From Lingula anatina (taxonomy: Eukaryota > Animalia > Brachiopoda): a stretch of DNA of 64,000 nt. Location of the stretch: positions 16,302,587-16,366,586 of the forward strand of contig CM120648.1 in the NCBI GenBank assembly GCA_051362555.1, written 5' to 3'. Positions 1-12,279 of this stretch are shown here, in pieces. The translations under genes and the position numbers were made by a program. Under the pieces are notes generated by a model. It was not told where the DNA came from, searched no databases, and worked only from the letters and a program-made list of their open reading frames with translations. Each line of letters starts with the position of its first letter. Within the stretch, counting starts at the first letter, position 1.

Positions 1-2
1 TC

Positions 3-536
3 GGCGCCCCATTACCGGTTTCAGAATACCACAAAGTGTATACTGTTTTTTCTTACATTTTTGTGCACTTTCTGGCTCCTTTCATCATCGTCTTGGTTCT
101 GAATGCCAAGATGGCTCACTACATGAGGGTTCTCGCCAAGAACCCGACCATGATTGCCATGCACAAGTTTGGCGTTCATCGTACTTTGATAAAAATGACT
201 GTGATCATCGCTATTACCACTTTGGCCGCCTCCTTAACTGTGGCTCTCTCTAGTCTCTTTGGACTCTTTGGAAATCAGGGCCCTGGTGAACTTCGAGGCA
301 TGGTTTTCGTATACCCAGTAATAATAATGGTCTGTACACTAAGCTCATGCGTTAATTTCTTCATTTACGGTCTTTTTGGGAAACAATTCAGACGCACTTT
401 GAAGTCGTTATGTTGCCACCGAAAGCCGAAAAAAGAAGGACAAGCTGCTCACGCTGAGGCAGAACGCAACAGAAATGCAGAGCCAGAAGGGTCAAAGCCA
501 GGAGTGTCAGCTATCTCCACCATAGGTTCTGCTTGA
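3..536 (+). CDS. Class A 7TM GPCR, copy 1 (FMRFamide-receptor-like/Srw-like); 3' part only, 5' end lies outside the window
   Basis: Frame is open from base 3 (GAPLPVSEYHKVYTVF...) to TGA at 534-536. TM5 FLAPFIIVLVLNAKM, TM7 SSCVNFFIYGLFGKQFR; closely matches the C-terminal half of the intact copy at 39150-40277. Confidence 0.85.
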   Translation, partial: GAPLPVSEYHKVYTVFSYIFVHFLAPFIIVLVLNAKMAHYMRVLAKNPTMIAMHKFGVHRTLIKMTVIIAITTLAASLTVALSSLFGLFGNQGPGELRGMVFVYPVIIMVCTLSSCVNFFIYGLFGKQFRRTLKSLCCHRKPKKEGQAAHAEAERNRNAEPEGSKPGVSAISTIGSA

Positions 537-594
537 GCAGGAGAGACGAGTCCTTCATTACAAGGTAAATGACCAATATTTGTTTGCGTTTGAC

Positions 595-698
595 TATTAT
601 TATAATTATTATTATTATTATTATTGCTGTTGTTGTTGTTATTGTTATTGTTATTATTAAATAGGCTGCACAACGCAAAGTAGCAAATACTGTAACTG

Positions 699-762
<64 letters not shown>
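595..762. repeat. (TTA)n/(TTG)n and (TA)n microsatellites downstream of GPCR copy 1
   Basis: Directly visible. A homologous TTA/TTG tract follows copies 2, 3 and 5. Confidence 0.9.
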
Positions 763-763
<1 letters not shown>

Positions 764-765
<2 letters not shown>

Positions 766-2199
766 AAAGGCCCAGACCAAATCTAGTCCAATGCATAAGA
801 AGCCCAGATCCCCTGTTAATTACGCCCTGGCTGGGCCCAGTCTTTATGGTGTATTTACATTATTAACAGCACAATGGGCAAGTTAATTGACCTATTAAAT
901 TGGCCAAGCTGCCAGTTTGTTTGTATGGCATGTGCAGGGGATGTCTTAGATCAAGGCATATATTATGATACTTACAGGTGTGGAAAATGAGATATAGTTG
1001 CATTTCGTTACCTGTGATTTGTATCCATTTTTGATTGATTCTTTAAAATAAGAATACAAATCTGAGATATAAGTTACTCACAGAAGGTAACACTCAAAAT
1101 ACTGTGAAATGGTCCATCATAAAGACTTTGTTCCAGAAATTTGAACAATTTGTAGTTTAAAATAATGATTGAGTGTTACTTAAAATAGTTACAAAAAAGA
1201 GCCTGCTATTGATAAGCAGGAACTGTAGTGCCAGCCTCAACCCTAATTAGACATTTAGTGAAGTGATCAATGATGTAAAATCACATTCCAAATTGTATTC
1301 TAATGAATCGACTTTATCAGTGTTCCAAACTGGCATAGGTTATTATGTAAATAAAAATTTATTATAACTTTAGGGATTTTTTTTATATAGCTGTGCCTGC
1401 AAATAGAGTAAAGTTTTGCTATTAATCCACACTTTTCTTTGTAATTTATCCTTAAGAAAGTGCAAATATTTTCCCAAAAGGTCAACAAAACATTAAAGGG
1501 CAGACTTTTTCCTATAATCAGTATAAAATCTTGATAATTAAAATAACACACTAACAAATGGAGCCCACCTTTAATTTAACATTTCTATAATAAATGTTAC
1601 TAAATCAGTCTAAGCGCCTTTTCTTTACAAATTAAACATCTTTACAAGTATCATCCTCAGATGTATTTTACAAATCAAAGATAATGAAATACAACTATAT
1701 CTCATTTGCCAGACCTGTAAGTATCATAACATGTGCCTTTATCTAAGACATCCCCTGCACATGCCATACAAACAAACTGGCAGCAATTAACTTGTCCATC
1801 ATGCTGTTAACAATGCAAAGACACCATAAAGACCGAGCCAAGCCAGAGCGTAATTAACCTGGGGTCTCCAGGGTTTCTTATGCATACCCGCAAGAAAACG
1901 CAGTAGATACTTCAGCGCAGTAGACTACTGCAATCATACTGCAAACATGCTTCAAATCTGCTTCGATTGGGGAGCTAATTAGCATATTTGAAACATGCTT
2001 CTATCATGCTGCTAATCTACTGCATTAATGCTCCTCTCTGTACAAACCTATGTACTTTTTGGAGTAGAATTGCAGTAGGCTATGCTGCATTTCTACTGCA
2101 AATATGCTCCACACCACTACTACTGCGTTAATGCTTTTTTGCTACTTCGATACTACTGCATTTTCGTGCGGGTAGGACCAGATTTGGTCTGGGCCTTTG

Positions 2200-2200
<1 letters not shown>
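764..2200. mobile_element. Non-autonomous DNA transposon with long (~260 bp) imperfect TIRs, between (TA)n and (CA)n tracts
   Basis: TCAAAGGCCCAGACCAAATCTAGTCC (764-789) is the reverse complement of 2175-2200 (1 mismatch). The inverted similarity continues from ~792-1024 against ~1668-1884. No transposase ORF. Confidence 0.8.
1887..2172. mobile_element. 286-bp MITE nested in the right TIR of the 764-2200 element
   Basis: TIRs CCCGCAAGAAAACGCAGTAG / CTACTGCATTTTCGTGCGGG (2 mismatches); TA on both sides (1885-86, 2173-74). Removing it restores the host TIR. Confidence 0.8.
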
Positions 2201-2243
<43 letters not shown>

Positions 2244-3756
2244 TGTACACAGAATTCAATTATAAAGCCCATTGAGTTCAAGCCTGATTTACCATTTTGA
2301 CTTCATAAAAAAGGCGTCAGCGGCAAGATCTAGATTGTTTCACCGTTGGTAAAATGTACCTGCTCTCTCGGCAGTTAGTGTTTTTGTTTCAAAGATGTAA
2401 AATATTTACGTATTTCTTCTTTACAAAAAGTCCCAATTTTCTTTCATTTATTTATTTATTTATTTTTCCTTTCGAAAACCAGCAAGGTCAAACTTATTAT
2501 ATTACAAGAAGTCTATTTGTATAATTTAGCGTCGTTCACCTCTCAAGTGCCAACTCGCCATTTGACCTCAGATTTGCAGGGGTTAATAAGAGGACAGAAA
2601 ACTTTTGAAAAGCAGCATGATTGTATTGTATTTAGTTATTAAAATCACTCGTTTCTTGCATGTACATTGTCAACGATCACCCCTTTTAACATAAAATTGT
2701 AATTATTATTTTTATTTCAATATGCGGGGATGTGAGCTTCTCTCACATCTTGGGACCTTTATTTTTTATTTGTGCCAACTTTTTGTTCCAATAGCTGTTG
2801 TTGTTTCACATGTTTTTCTTAATTAATATTGGTTGCACTCATTTACCTACTTTATTAATCCTGATATTAATAATATTATGGCAGTTATATAGTATGGGGG
2901 ATTTACGATTATCCCCCCGTTTTTGTAACTTTGTATCTAATTATTTTTCGTCATTAATAAATGACAATTTTCAGTCATATGCACTAACTCTTATTTTTCT
3001 TTGAGCAAAAACAGAGGTTCGTTGTGCTTGTGAACTTTTGGCCACATATATATACTTTTCCTTCTCATAGGTAACTTCCAGTAAGTTATTTCTTGCAATA
3101 ATGTGGCGTGCCACTATATATTGGTGATTCTAATTATCCATGTACATCTCAATTACGAGGCCTGTTTGCCATGCTATGACTTTAACGAAAGATAAGCTTT
3201 TCCTTACTTATTATGCGCATGTTCTTATAACAATAGAAGTGCGTGTTCAGTGTAATATACTCCTGTGGTAACAGCTTTGATAGATGGAAGTCGTGCAGAC
3301 ACACATCTGTAATAATAGCTGGTCAGATTTAAAAATAAAAATAAAAAATAAAAAAATAGTAATAATAATTATGAAGCGTAAAACTGTCGAAGCTAAGTTG
3401 AGATATTCTGAGATATTCTAAATCGCTACCCTCTTCAAGGGCCGCAGATGAATAATGTGCACTTTTCTCTTACAGTGGAGAAATTTGCCATGAATTAGTC
3501 ATAGTCTTATCTGTGGACATCTAGTCTTATCTTTGGATGTCTAGTTTTAAAAAATCAATTTGTGGCCTAGGTAGAGATACTAATTAACCGTCAAGCCCTT
3601 TTATCTGTAAGAAGGAACAGTGTACAGTGCAGATAAGTAGCTTTCTAAACGTTAAATTGATACGTTAAACGTTGGATTAGATTATAGATAAATGCATTGG
3701 GAGGATCTGTCTCAATTTTTGTCACACGTTTTATCATCCCCTAACATATCAATAAA

Positions 3757-3997
3757 ACTAGAAAAGCACTCCGAGAGCGGAGACCTCCGCCAAGGTAGCA
3801 ATTTGTGATTATTGATTGATTAACGATTGATTATTGATCCAGATCACCACCAAAAACTGATCATCTGTTTCTTGGCCCACTTCTGACAGTTCCTGAAAAT
3901 TCCATCAAATTCGGTCCATAAATGTTTGAGTTATGTTGATGACAGACAAACAAATAAACAAACAGGGGTGAAAACATAAGCTCCTTGGCGGAGGTAA
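3757..3997 (-). mobile_element. Non-autonomous Helitron/Helentron-type (DINE-1/HINE-like) element
   Basis: 13-bp subterminal inverted repeats ACCTCCGCCAAGG (3783-95) / CCTTGGCGGAGGT (3983-95) and an internal GACA/AAAC simple repeat. The minus-strand 3' end has a short GC-rich hairpin followed by CTAG. Empty site in the paralogous flank at ~35051-35100. Confidence 0.7.
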
Positions 3998-5775
3998 CAA
4001 TGTTATAATCGCAAATTCCCTGTTTTTGTGATTAAAATTGGTGAAATCATTTATTTTCTTTAATAATCATCATATTATTTGCCTAGATATAATTTATTCT
4101 GTTTCACTGATTTTTATTTCTTTTAAGATAAAATTAAAATAAAAATATCGGCATTTGTGTCATTTTCGATGTATAATTTTCATCTGCATTGGATAAATTT
4201 TTTTTTTTTTTTTTTTTTGTTATATAGAGGTAGAGCTGATTGTGTACCTTTGACGCGTGAAGAGTTGCCTCTTTTTTCTTTTTTAGATTACGGTTTAATG
4301 TACGGACATTTAAACCATGGAGCGTCATGCTATTTAATATTAAAGAGACTTTATTGTATATTTGACTGTGGGTGAAGTAATCCGAAGACGTACACGGAAT
4401 GGAAGACTTTGGCATTTCCAGTTCAGGCAGGGTTTTTATTTTTTCCTGCATCGAATGATTCGAGAGTACCCCTAGAAAGCAGACGTCCGCATAGACAATA
4501 TCCGCGTATATATTGTGGACTTGTATCCACTTATTTCTCTCAAGAAATAATGGTTCACGAACATATTAATGCCGAAAAAACAGTATGACCTCCGTTGGCT
4601 GATCTAGAGCTGACACTGGTGGCATAAGCGGAACGCACATAACTGGTATTGGTGGAGTGGACAACGGACAAAAATATCCATATACACAGTGAGCAATCTT
4701 GGAAGGTAGACTTCCTCAAATAAACTATAAATAATTATTTTAAAATATGAGGAGGAACGGATTCAGTTGAACGTGTATTCACTTATTTCCCTCCAGATGA
4801 ATTGATTATTCTGAAAATATCGCCTTTATGGTGAAAGCCACAGAAATACTGGTATTTCGCCGCATATAGAAACGCCGATGAAAACACGATAACCTCCACT
4901 GGCAGAGCTGAGAGTTTACTGGCATTGGTGAAATGCACAACTGACATGGCTATTTATACTCTTGATAAATAGTAAAAATCTTACTGACCTGAAAGTATAT
5001 TAGAACGTCAAGAATTAAACAATAAGAAGGTCACCTTCGTTTGATGAAAAAACAAGGTGATACCTCTCGCTAAACTTCAGAGACATTGTCAGATTTGAAA
5101 CTATATACCTTTGTGTTGTTACACCAGAGATGAATGTTGTATATCATATGCCGGTTACTTTGCTTAGTTTAATTCATCAATGACTGAATACAAGGCTTAC
5201 CATAATAATGGATTCCTTCGCAAACCACGTAAGAAATAATATGCTCATGCACATTATTCATTTTTACATGGTTTGGAATCTTTAAATCAAGATATGAAAT
5301 CACATTTTAGGAGCATCTAATATAATGGAAAATGTGAATATGTCTTTTAAGGCATCATTTATGTAGCTGTATTGCTATTTCTATTATGTTGCTCTCACCA
5401 AATGTAGATAGGTTCTTCTCGTAACAAACACTTATGTTTATTTGTTACCGTATTGTATTTGTTCACCTGGTTATAATAAATTATATGTTATGTCTACCTG
5501 ATTATAATTGTATTTTTTCACTTTTGTTTTGGCACAAATAAATGAACTGGGCTAAATTGAAACGAACTAAAAGACTTACTCTGATCAAAGCGGAGCGTTT
5601 GATGCAGTTCCCCATAAATAAGTTATCATAATGATTTATCTATCAAGTTCTACTAAAACGCTGTAACATCCTATCCAAGCTCTCGGCCCCTACAGATATG
5701 CTGAGATATTATACTCCCTCTCGACCGAAACTTTTGGATCACTTTAATTAAAGATAAATCATTGATAGACTACAA

Positions 5776-5806
<31 letters not shown>

Positions 5807-6734
5807 ATAGAATTGCTCATACAACAATATGATACAACTGATCTGACGAATATTAACTTGACTACCAAACAAATGTTAACTGAATGGACAGCTTTTAATA
5901 ATCAGGCTGTCTTATTTAATGGTTGCTAATGGACATTGAAACAGTCTGACATCCGCATAGCTATACCGAATGGAAGCACTCATTCATTGTCTAAAATTAC
6001 ATTGGAATATAAGGATTAAAATTTTAACCCCCGCCTGTACTATTATTCCTAAAAGGAATCCTAATTTGTACATTTGCTAGCCACGGTTGAAATTCCTAGC
6101 ATAGTATATGAAATGATGAGTGATTGTTGAATTTGACTGGTCGATTTTCAACCCCCCACATTATTACTAATTAATAGTATCGGCCCTTACCTGAAGAAAC
6201 TTGAGATTGCGACCGGTTGTGATTGGGTTATGTCATGATGGAAGTCTCGCGTGAGTGTCAAAATGGTTGCATTGCATGCGTACGAACAGGTCTGGAAAAT
6301 AGTGGATTTTTTTTAATAAGCACAGAACTGTTTGTCCAAACAAATAACCGTGCACGCACGGCGATTTGGAACTTGCGTATACCATCTGACATGGCAATTT
6401 ATGTAAATTACAAGTCACAAGATATTACAATCACTTTATCTACACTTAAATTGCATACATCTTGCAAACTGTTATTAATGTTGACACAAGTATTCAATTA
6501 ACGCATTTAAAGAAAATATTATAACCTGGACCTTAACGGTGTTTTTCTGTCAAAAATTCATGAAATTCACAAATTGCGAGCCGAACTGCGTGATAGACAT
6601 ATTACATGTAGTTTCGCAAGAATAAAGATAACTGCGTTTAGAATTAAAAACCTAAATGAGGTGGACTTAACATGCAATTAATTGGAAAATCAACACTATT
6701 TTGATGGAGTATAACCATAAACATTATATAAATA

Positions 6735-6790
<56 letters not shown>

Positions 6791-7571
6791 TTCAATCTCT
6801 GAAATAATTTCCCACGTAATTAAATAAGTGAACACAGAAGCAATGGGAAACTATTTGTGAGATCACCTAAAGCAATCACAAATAATACTATGATGGCCTG
6901 TCTGCTTTGCTTGTCGTAATTTGATCTGATTTTCAGCGAAATTAACCCAAATACATTCTAACTTCCAACACATGCATATTTCACTAGACGAGAGCCTTTC
7001 CATCGGACAGAAAACTTGAAAATAGCAACACTTCCGCAACAAAAGTGACACTTGTCGGGCGATTGGGCGGGCAGCCATTTACTACACTGGAATTTATAAT
7101 CATTGTATTGAACAAAGACCATTGAGCAAATTTTGATTGTGTTGTTTCACAAGAAGTCTCAAGGGTTTTGTTTTTCCTGTCTTTACAAAAGGTTCCTTGA
7201 GCAAATCATGCTTGCCTTGCTGCATAGGTATCTCATCTCCTTGAACTGGACGACAATAATTACGGGCAGAATATACTTATGGTTCGCCTTAACTATGGCT
7301 AAGACTGAACATCAATGGTATATTAAGTACTGCAATTCTAGGTAATTTTCATATTTTGTCTGCTCCTTGGTTGATGTCGAGAGGTACGGTTACACAGTCA
7401 TTAAAACCTACATTAAAAACTGCCGGAAACTGTTTAATTTTTATTTTTATTCTTAATTATATTTTCAAAATAATATCTGTCACAATTTATGCATCTCAAA
7501 TTTCTCCATGTCTTTTTGCTGTTAGGATCACTTTTGAACCCTTTCTTTATTTGTTTATGATTTTATTTTAC

Positions 7572-7615
<44 letters not shown>

Positions 7616-8133
7616 CTCTAATACTCTTTTGATCTTATACTGTTCTCCATCCCAAATATATCTATATAACAAAGCAATTGGAGGGTTATGAATATTGCCA
7701 TTTTCCTTTCCCTACGATATCATTTCTCCTTGATTTACACCATATGTAATAAAACCTCAAATTTTCTTTTGTCATAGACTTACATATCTCGTATCATTAC
7801 CAAGCTGAAAAAAAAAATACTTGATAACAACTAAAATTACATGTAATGATATTAATGACAAAAGGATACAATTAAGCTACGTACAGATTATAATCTGAAT
7901 CTGGTGCTACATGCGTATAAAATGGTGGACAGCGTTTTATCGGCTAAAGCGTATGAATGGTGAATAAAAGCAAGCTTTTTTAGAGTAAAAGGCATATGGC
8001 TTTGTGGAGGCGTACCTTTAAAAATAATAATATTAATAGCAGGAAAGGGAAATATTGGCAATTACGTGTGGGACAAGAGTTTCATTTGAATCAGAAGACT
8101 GCTGATAAAATACGCTTGATAACCCTCTACTTA

Positions 8134-8653
8134 GGCTTCGTTCACATGGAAAGTCTATTTTCTAAAAATCTATTTTTTATTCGTGGTATATCTTGTGATC
8201 ACGGTCTGTGCCCTGAATATACCGCGGCGTAATTACTGGCAGCGCGAGCCAGTTACTTCAAAAGCTGTAATTAATTCTCGGCTGTGCTCGGAGGAGATTC
8301 TGATACCTTGACGCATGCGCAGTAGGAAGTTAGAAAGTGAATGGCGGTCGTGGTTGCTTTGAAAAATGTGTTTGTCGATTTTGTGCAACAACAAGACGAA
8401 GAAGATGAAGAAGCTATACACACGACAGATACGAGTGCAACCGTCATTATCCGATGGCAAGCAATGCGGCAACGGAGGATGAGATTTTATAGAATGCGAG
8501 CACAGCCGAGAATTAATTACAGCTTTGTATAAGTAACTGGCTCGCGCTGCCAGTAATTACGCCGCGGGATATTCAGGGCACAGACCGTGATCATAAGATA
8601 CCGCGAATAGAAAGTAGATTTTTAGAAAATAGACTTTCCATGTGAACGAAGCC
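8134..8653. mobile_element. 520-bp palindromic MITE, PIF/Harbinger (Tourist)-like
   Basis: ~157-bp TIRs starting GGCTTCGTTCACATGGAAAG; 3-bp TTA TSD (8131-33, 8654-56). Empty site ACCCTCTACTTACTG in the paralogous flank near 32797. Confidence 0.85.
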
Positions 8654-8977
8654 TTACTGTCAGGGAAATATTGGCAATTTTGTCTACCCCAGGAGGATTC
8701 TTTTACATGAGAGATGTGGTGAGAAAAGCGTTTAAAGCCCTCTCTACTTACTGACTATCAAAATACTGTCTTCCTCTTATTAACAACGTTATAATTAGAC
8801 AAGATTATTTTCTTCCATCAACAGCTAATATTGATAGCTTATAATACCTTCGCGTCAGTGTCATCTACCGGGTATAAAAGCATATACCATTAAGACATGC
8901 TTTCAGACATCTCCGGCTTGTGAACGACTTTGAGGTGCTTTTCTTTGCACTGTACTTTTCCTTAAGTTTTAACAGCC

Positions 8978-10095
8978 ATGAATGCGACTGAGATGTCGGT
9001 CAACGAGAGCTTCTCATTTTCTGAGAAAGACGAAAAGGAGGAGGATATTCCTGACTTGGCTTTCATGAATCTGTTTTATTTTGCTTTTGGTGGCATTGGG
9101 ATTTCTCTCGTTTGTGTGGTTGGCCTTATTCTCAATTTTCTTTCAGTGGCTGTATTTTTACGTTTCGAGAAACGGAGCCCGACTGTTTTCCTGTTGATAT
9201 GCTTGGCAGTGGCCGATAACATCCATCTTTTAACAGCGTTCTTTAACTTCAGCGTCCCGGCCATGTACCCTTATACTGGGTGGTTCAAAAATTTCTTCTT
9301 TTTCCGGATGAAACACTTCCGGCTTCTGTATGGGTTGAAAATTTCCCTCTTCTTGATCCCACCCTGGTTAGTAGTGCTCGTAACGTTCGACCGTTATTTG
9401 CACCTTTGCTCCGAGAACGCCCTTCGAAGTGGTGCAACGGCAAGCATTAAAGTTTGGGCGTTAAGAGTTGGTGGCGTCGTGATTTTTGCCTTTCTCACCG
9501 ATGTTCCACGGTATTTCTTTGGGTCACTGCCTGAGCATCCTTGTCCCTTGAACACATCTTTGATTTTCTGTCTTGGTGCCCCTACTCCGGTTTCGGAATT
9601 CCACAAAATGTAAATCTTTTTTTCTTACGTTTTTGTGCAATTCTTGTTTCCTTTCATAATTGTCTTGACCCTGAATGTGAAGATGGCCCACCACATGAGG
9701 GTTCTTGCCAAGAATCCGGCCATGATTGCCATGAACAAGTTGGGCGTTCATCGTACTTTGATAAAAATGACCTTGGTCATCGCCCTTACCACTTTGGCCG
9801 CCTCTTTAACTGTGGCTCTGTCTAGTAGCTTTGGACTGTTTAGAAACCAACCCTTTGGTGAACTGCAAGGCATGGTGTTTGTATACCCTGTTATGGTTTT
9901 ATTCAATGTTCTAAGCTCATGCATTAATTTCTTCATTTACGGTCTCTATGGAAAACAGTTCAGGAGCACTTTGAAGTTGTTATGTTGCCACTGAAAGCCG
10001 AAAATAGGACAAGCTGCTCGCGCTGTGGCCAAACACAAAAGATATGCAGAGCCAGAAGGGCCAAAGCCTGGAGTGCCAGCTGTCTCCACCATTAG
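8978..10095 (+). pseudogene. GPCR copy 2, pseudogene
   Basis: Colinear with the intact copy. In-frame TAA at 9611-13 (Tyr in paralogs) before TM5, TGA at 9992-94 (CGA in paralogs), and a 3'-end deletion removing the normal stop. Confidence 0.85.
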
Positions 10096-10260
10096 TTAGG
10101 TAAATGACAAATATTTGTTTGCGTTTGACATTTCCCTCTTATTATTATTATTATTATTATTATTATTAGAGCTGCTGTTGCTGCTGTTGTTGTTGTTATT
10201 AAAAAATAAGCTGCATAACCCAACGTAGCAAATACTGTAATTGTAAAACTTTTGCCCAGT

Positions 10261-10293
<33 letters not shown>

Positions 10294-10297
<4 letters not shown>

Positions 10298-11951
10298 CTT
10301 GACATTTAATATGGAATATTTTTTTCGAAATAATTTTTTATCAGTTTTTTCCTATTTTGCTGACTGATAAATGAAAATAAGGATTAAAATCGTGTTTTAA
10401 TAACTTCAAATTATCTCTTTGATGTCATTGTGACATCAGTTCATTAATGGAATTCGCCAGAGAAGCAAACAAAAACACATTGCCTATTCTATGTCATACG
10501 ACTCCCATTAAAAGAGATATTTTGGATCTCCACATTTTCCAAATTATCGTCTGTAAAAAGGTAATACGCTCCACAAAAGACCCTCATGTCAGTTGCTAGT
10601 CACAGTAATGGTCTTGTTACGCCTGGCCTCTTCGTGGCTGTTGCCAGCGCTCTCAAGCGGCAAGGCATTTCTTGGGGGTAGGTTTTTAGAGTTCAATCTG
10701 GAATAGCATTCCAGGCATCGGTCTAAAATTGTCCAATCTGGTCCAGTTTTGTTGTAGGACATGTAGGCAGTTGTTTGGTGAGTAATGGTCTACCGAAATA
10801 TTGTCTATGTGGTTCAAATGTGGCGATTTTGATGAGCAGGGTAACTGCTCATTCCCTTGGTTCTGTAAGTTATCTGCCATTAAAAGTGCTCTGTGTGAAC
10901 CTGCAACCTCATCGTGCAACCTAGAATTGTTCCTAAGGTGCCCCCTATCAAATGATAGTCAAGTGGTTCCGAGATTATTCCTTTATTTGATCTGGTTCAG
11001 GTTTTCGTCGATGACTACCATTGGTGTTTTGGCACCAATGTGGAATCTACTCCAAATACTGACGCTGTCAACCACCCTTGTCACTTTAGACCCGGCATAT
11101 GCTTCGTCGTAGGCCTCTTCTGGATATCTGTAAACTCTGTTTTGACTAATTGGGCGGTACAGGTGAAATCTGACCTCAATAAAGAAAGCCACGCAGTTTC
11201 AGTGTTCTACCCAGAATCGTTCATGGCCCCCAATTCATTAGAGAAACAGACGACGATGTTTTGCTGTATACAGTGGGTACTTCGGAGGTCCTTTGGTGTT
11301 CTTACCTGCTAAAACCAGTTTGGTGTTCGCTAAGGGCTTTGAAAAACGCATTTTAGTGGTAATTTACCCCTCGTCCTGAACGGACTAAGTGTTTTTTGTT
11401 TAGTTGCAGCAGCGTATCCCGAAAGACAGTGGGTCCTGTATCCTGTAGGTAAAATTTTGATACATTGGGGGTGACCTCTGTGTAGGTACATCAGTCTGGG
11501 CATTACTCTATAAAACTGTGGGGACCGTTCCGTTTGGCGGCATGATCTGTCTGGTTATGTCTGTCTTTTTCGCGCCATTCTGCCTTAGATTAACAGATTT
11601 GTAATGCACTACTTGACTCATCTTATGCACTGCAAAACTGACCGCTTGCATGCAAAATTTCAAATTCTTCTATGCAGTAGTTGCCGAAATATGGATACTT
11701 TTTTGACAGAACCAAGCTTTGCCTAAGCCAAGCTTTGATCAGCCCAAAGGAACACTACCCAATTAAATCACTGCAAATTACATAATGTAGCAGCGCAACA
11801 GGCATTAAAGTCATGTTAATTGGTAGTGACACACCTGACTGCACACTTTTACATTCACAAATCGTATATGAGATCGGAGTTTTATGAAAAAATAACTTAT
11901 TTTTACCTAGGTATACCTTCGAAACTGAAATATTCCATATTAAATGTCAAG

Positions 11952-11955
<4 letters not shown>
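10294..11955 (-). mobile_element. Degenerate Tc1-like DNA transposon inserted in a (TA)n tract
   Basis: Perfect 28-bp TIRs CAGACTTGACATTTAATATGGAATATTT (10294-10321 / 11928-11955). Minus-strand relics of Tc1 motifs: VAFFIEVRF (cf. VxFSDExRF), SVSIWSRFHIGAKTPMVVIDENLNQIK, LMADN, SKSPHLNHIDNI (cf. SPDLNPIEN). Confidence 0.8.
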
Positions 11956-12007
<52 letters not shown>

Positions 12008-12279
12008 AAATAGAATTCAAGTATAAAGCCCATTGACATACAGGTTCAAGCCTGTTTTACCATTTTGACTTCATAAATTTTAAAAGCGTCAGCGGCAAGA
12101 TCTACATTTTTTTCACTGTGGGTAAAAAGTACACACACTGGACAAAAGAAGTGTCACCCCCTAACTCAGAGTAATAAAAGTAGGCAGACCTTGGGTACTT
12201 ATAATGCCTGGTCTACTTATAATGTGACTAATGAGTATAAAACCGCTACACCATGGAATTGTATTGTTGGTCTTGTACA

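Noticed and set aside
449-780. Poly-N, poly-I and IYIY ORFs (also at 10096, 34534 and 52306)
   Set aside because: Translations of microsatellites.
8341-8532. 63-aa ORF in the centre of the palindromic MITE as a functional gene
   Set aside because: Too short and runs into the TIR; at most a remnant of the parent element's 5' coding end.
8978-9994. GPCR copy 2 as two genes or a spliced gene
   Set aside because: Both ORFs are in the same frame, separated by one TAA where paralogs have Tyr; no intron-sized gap.
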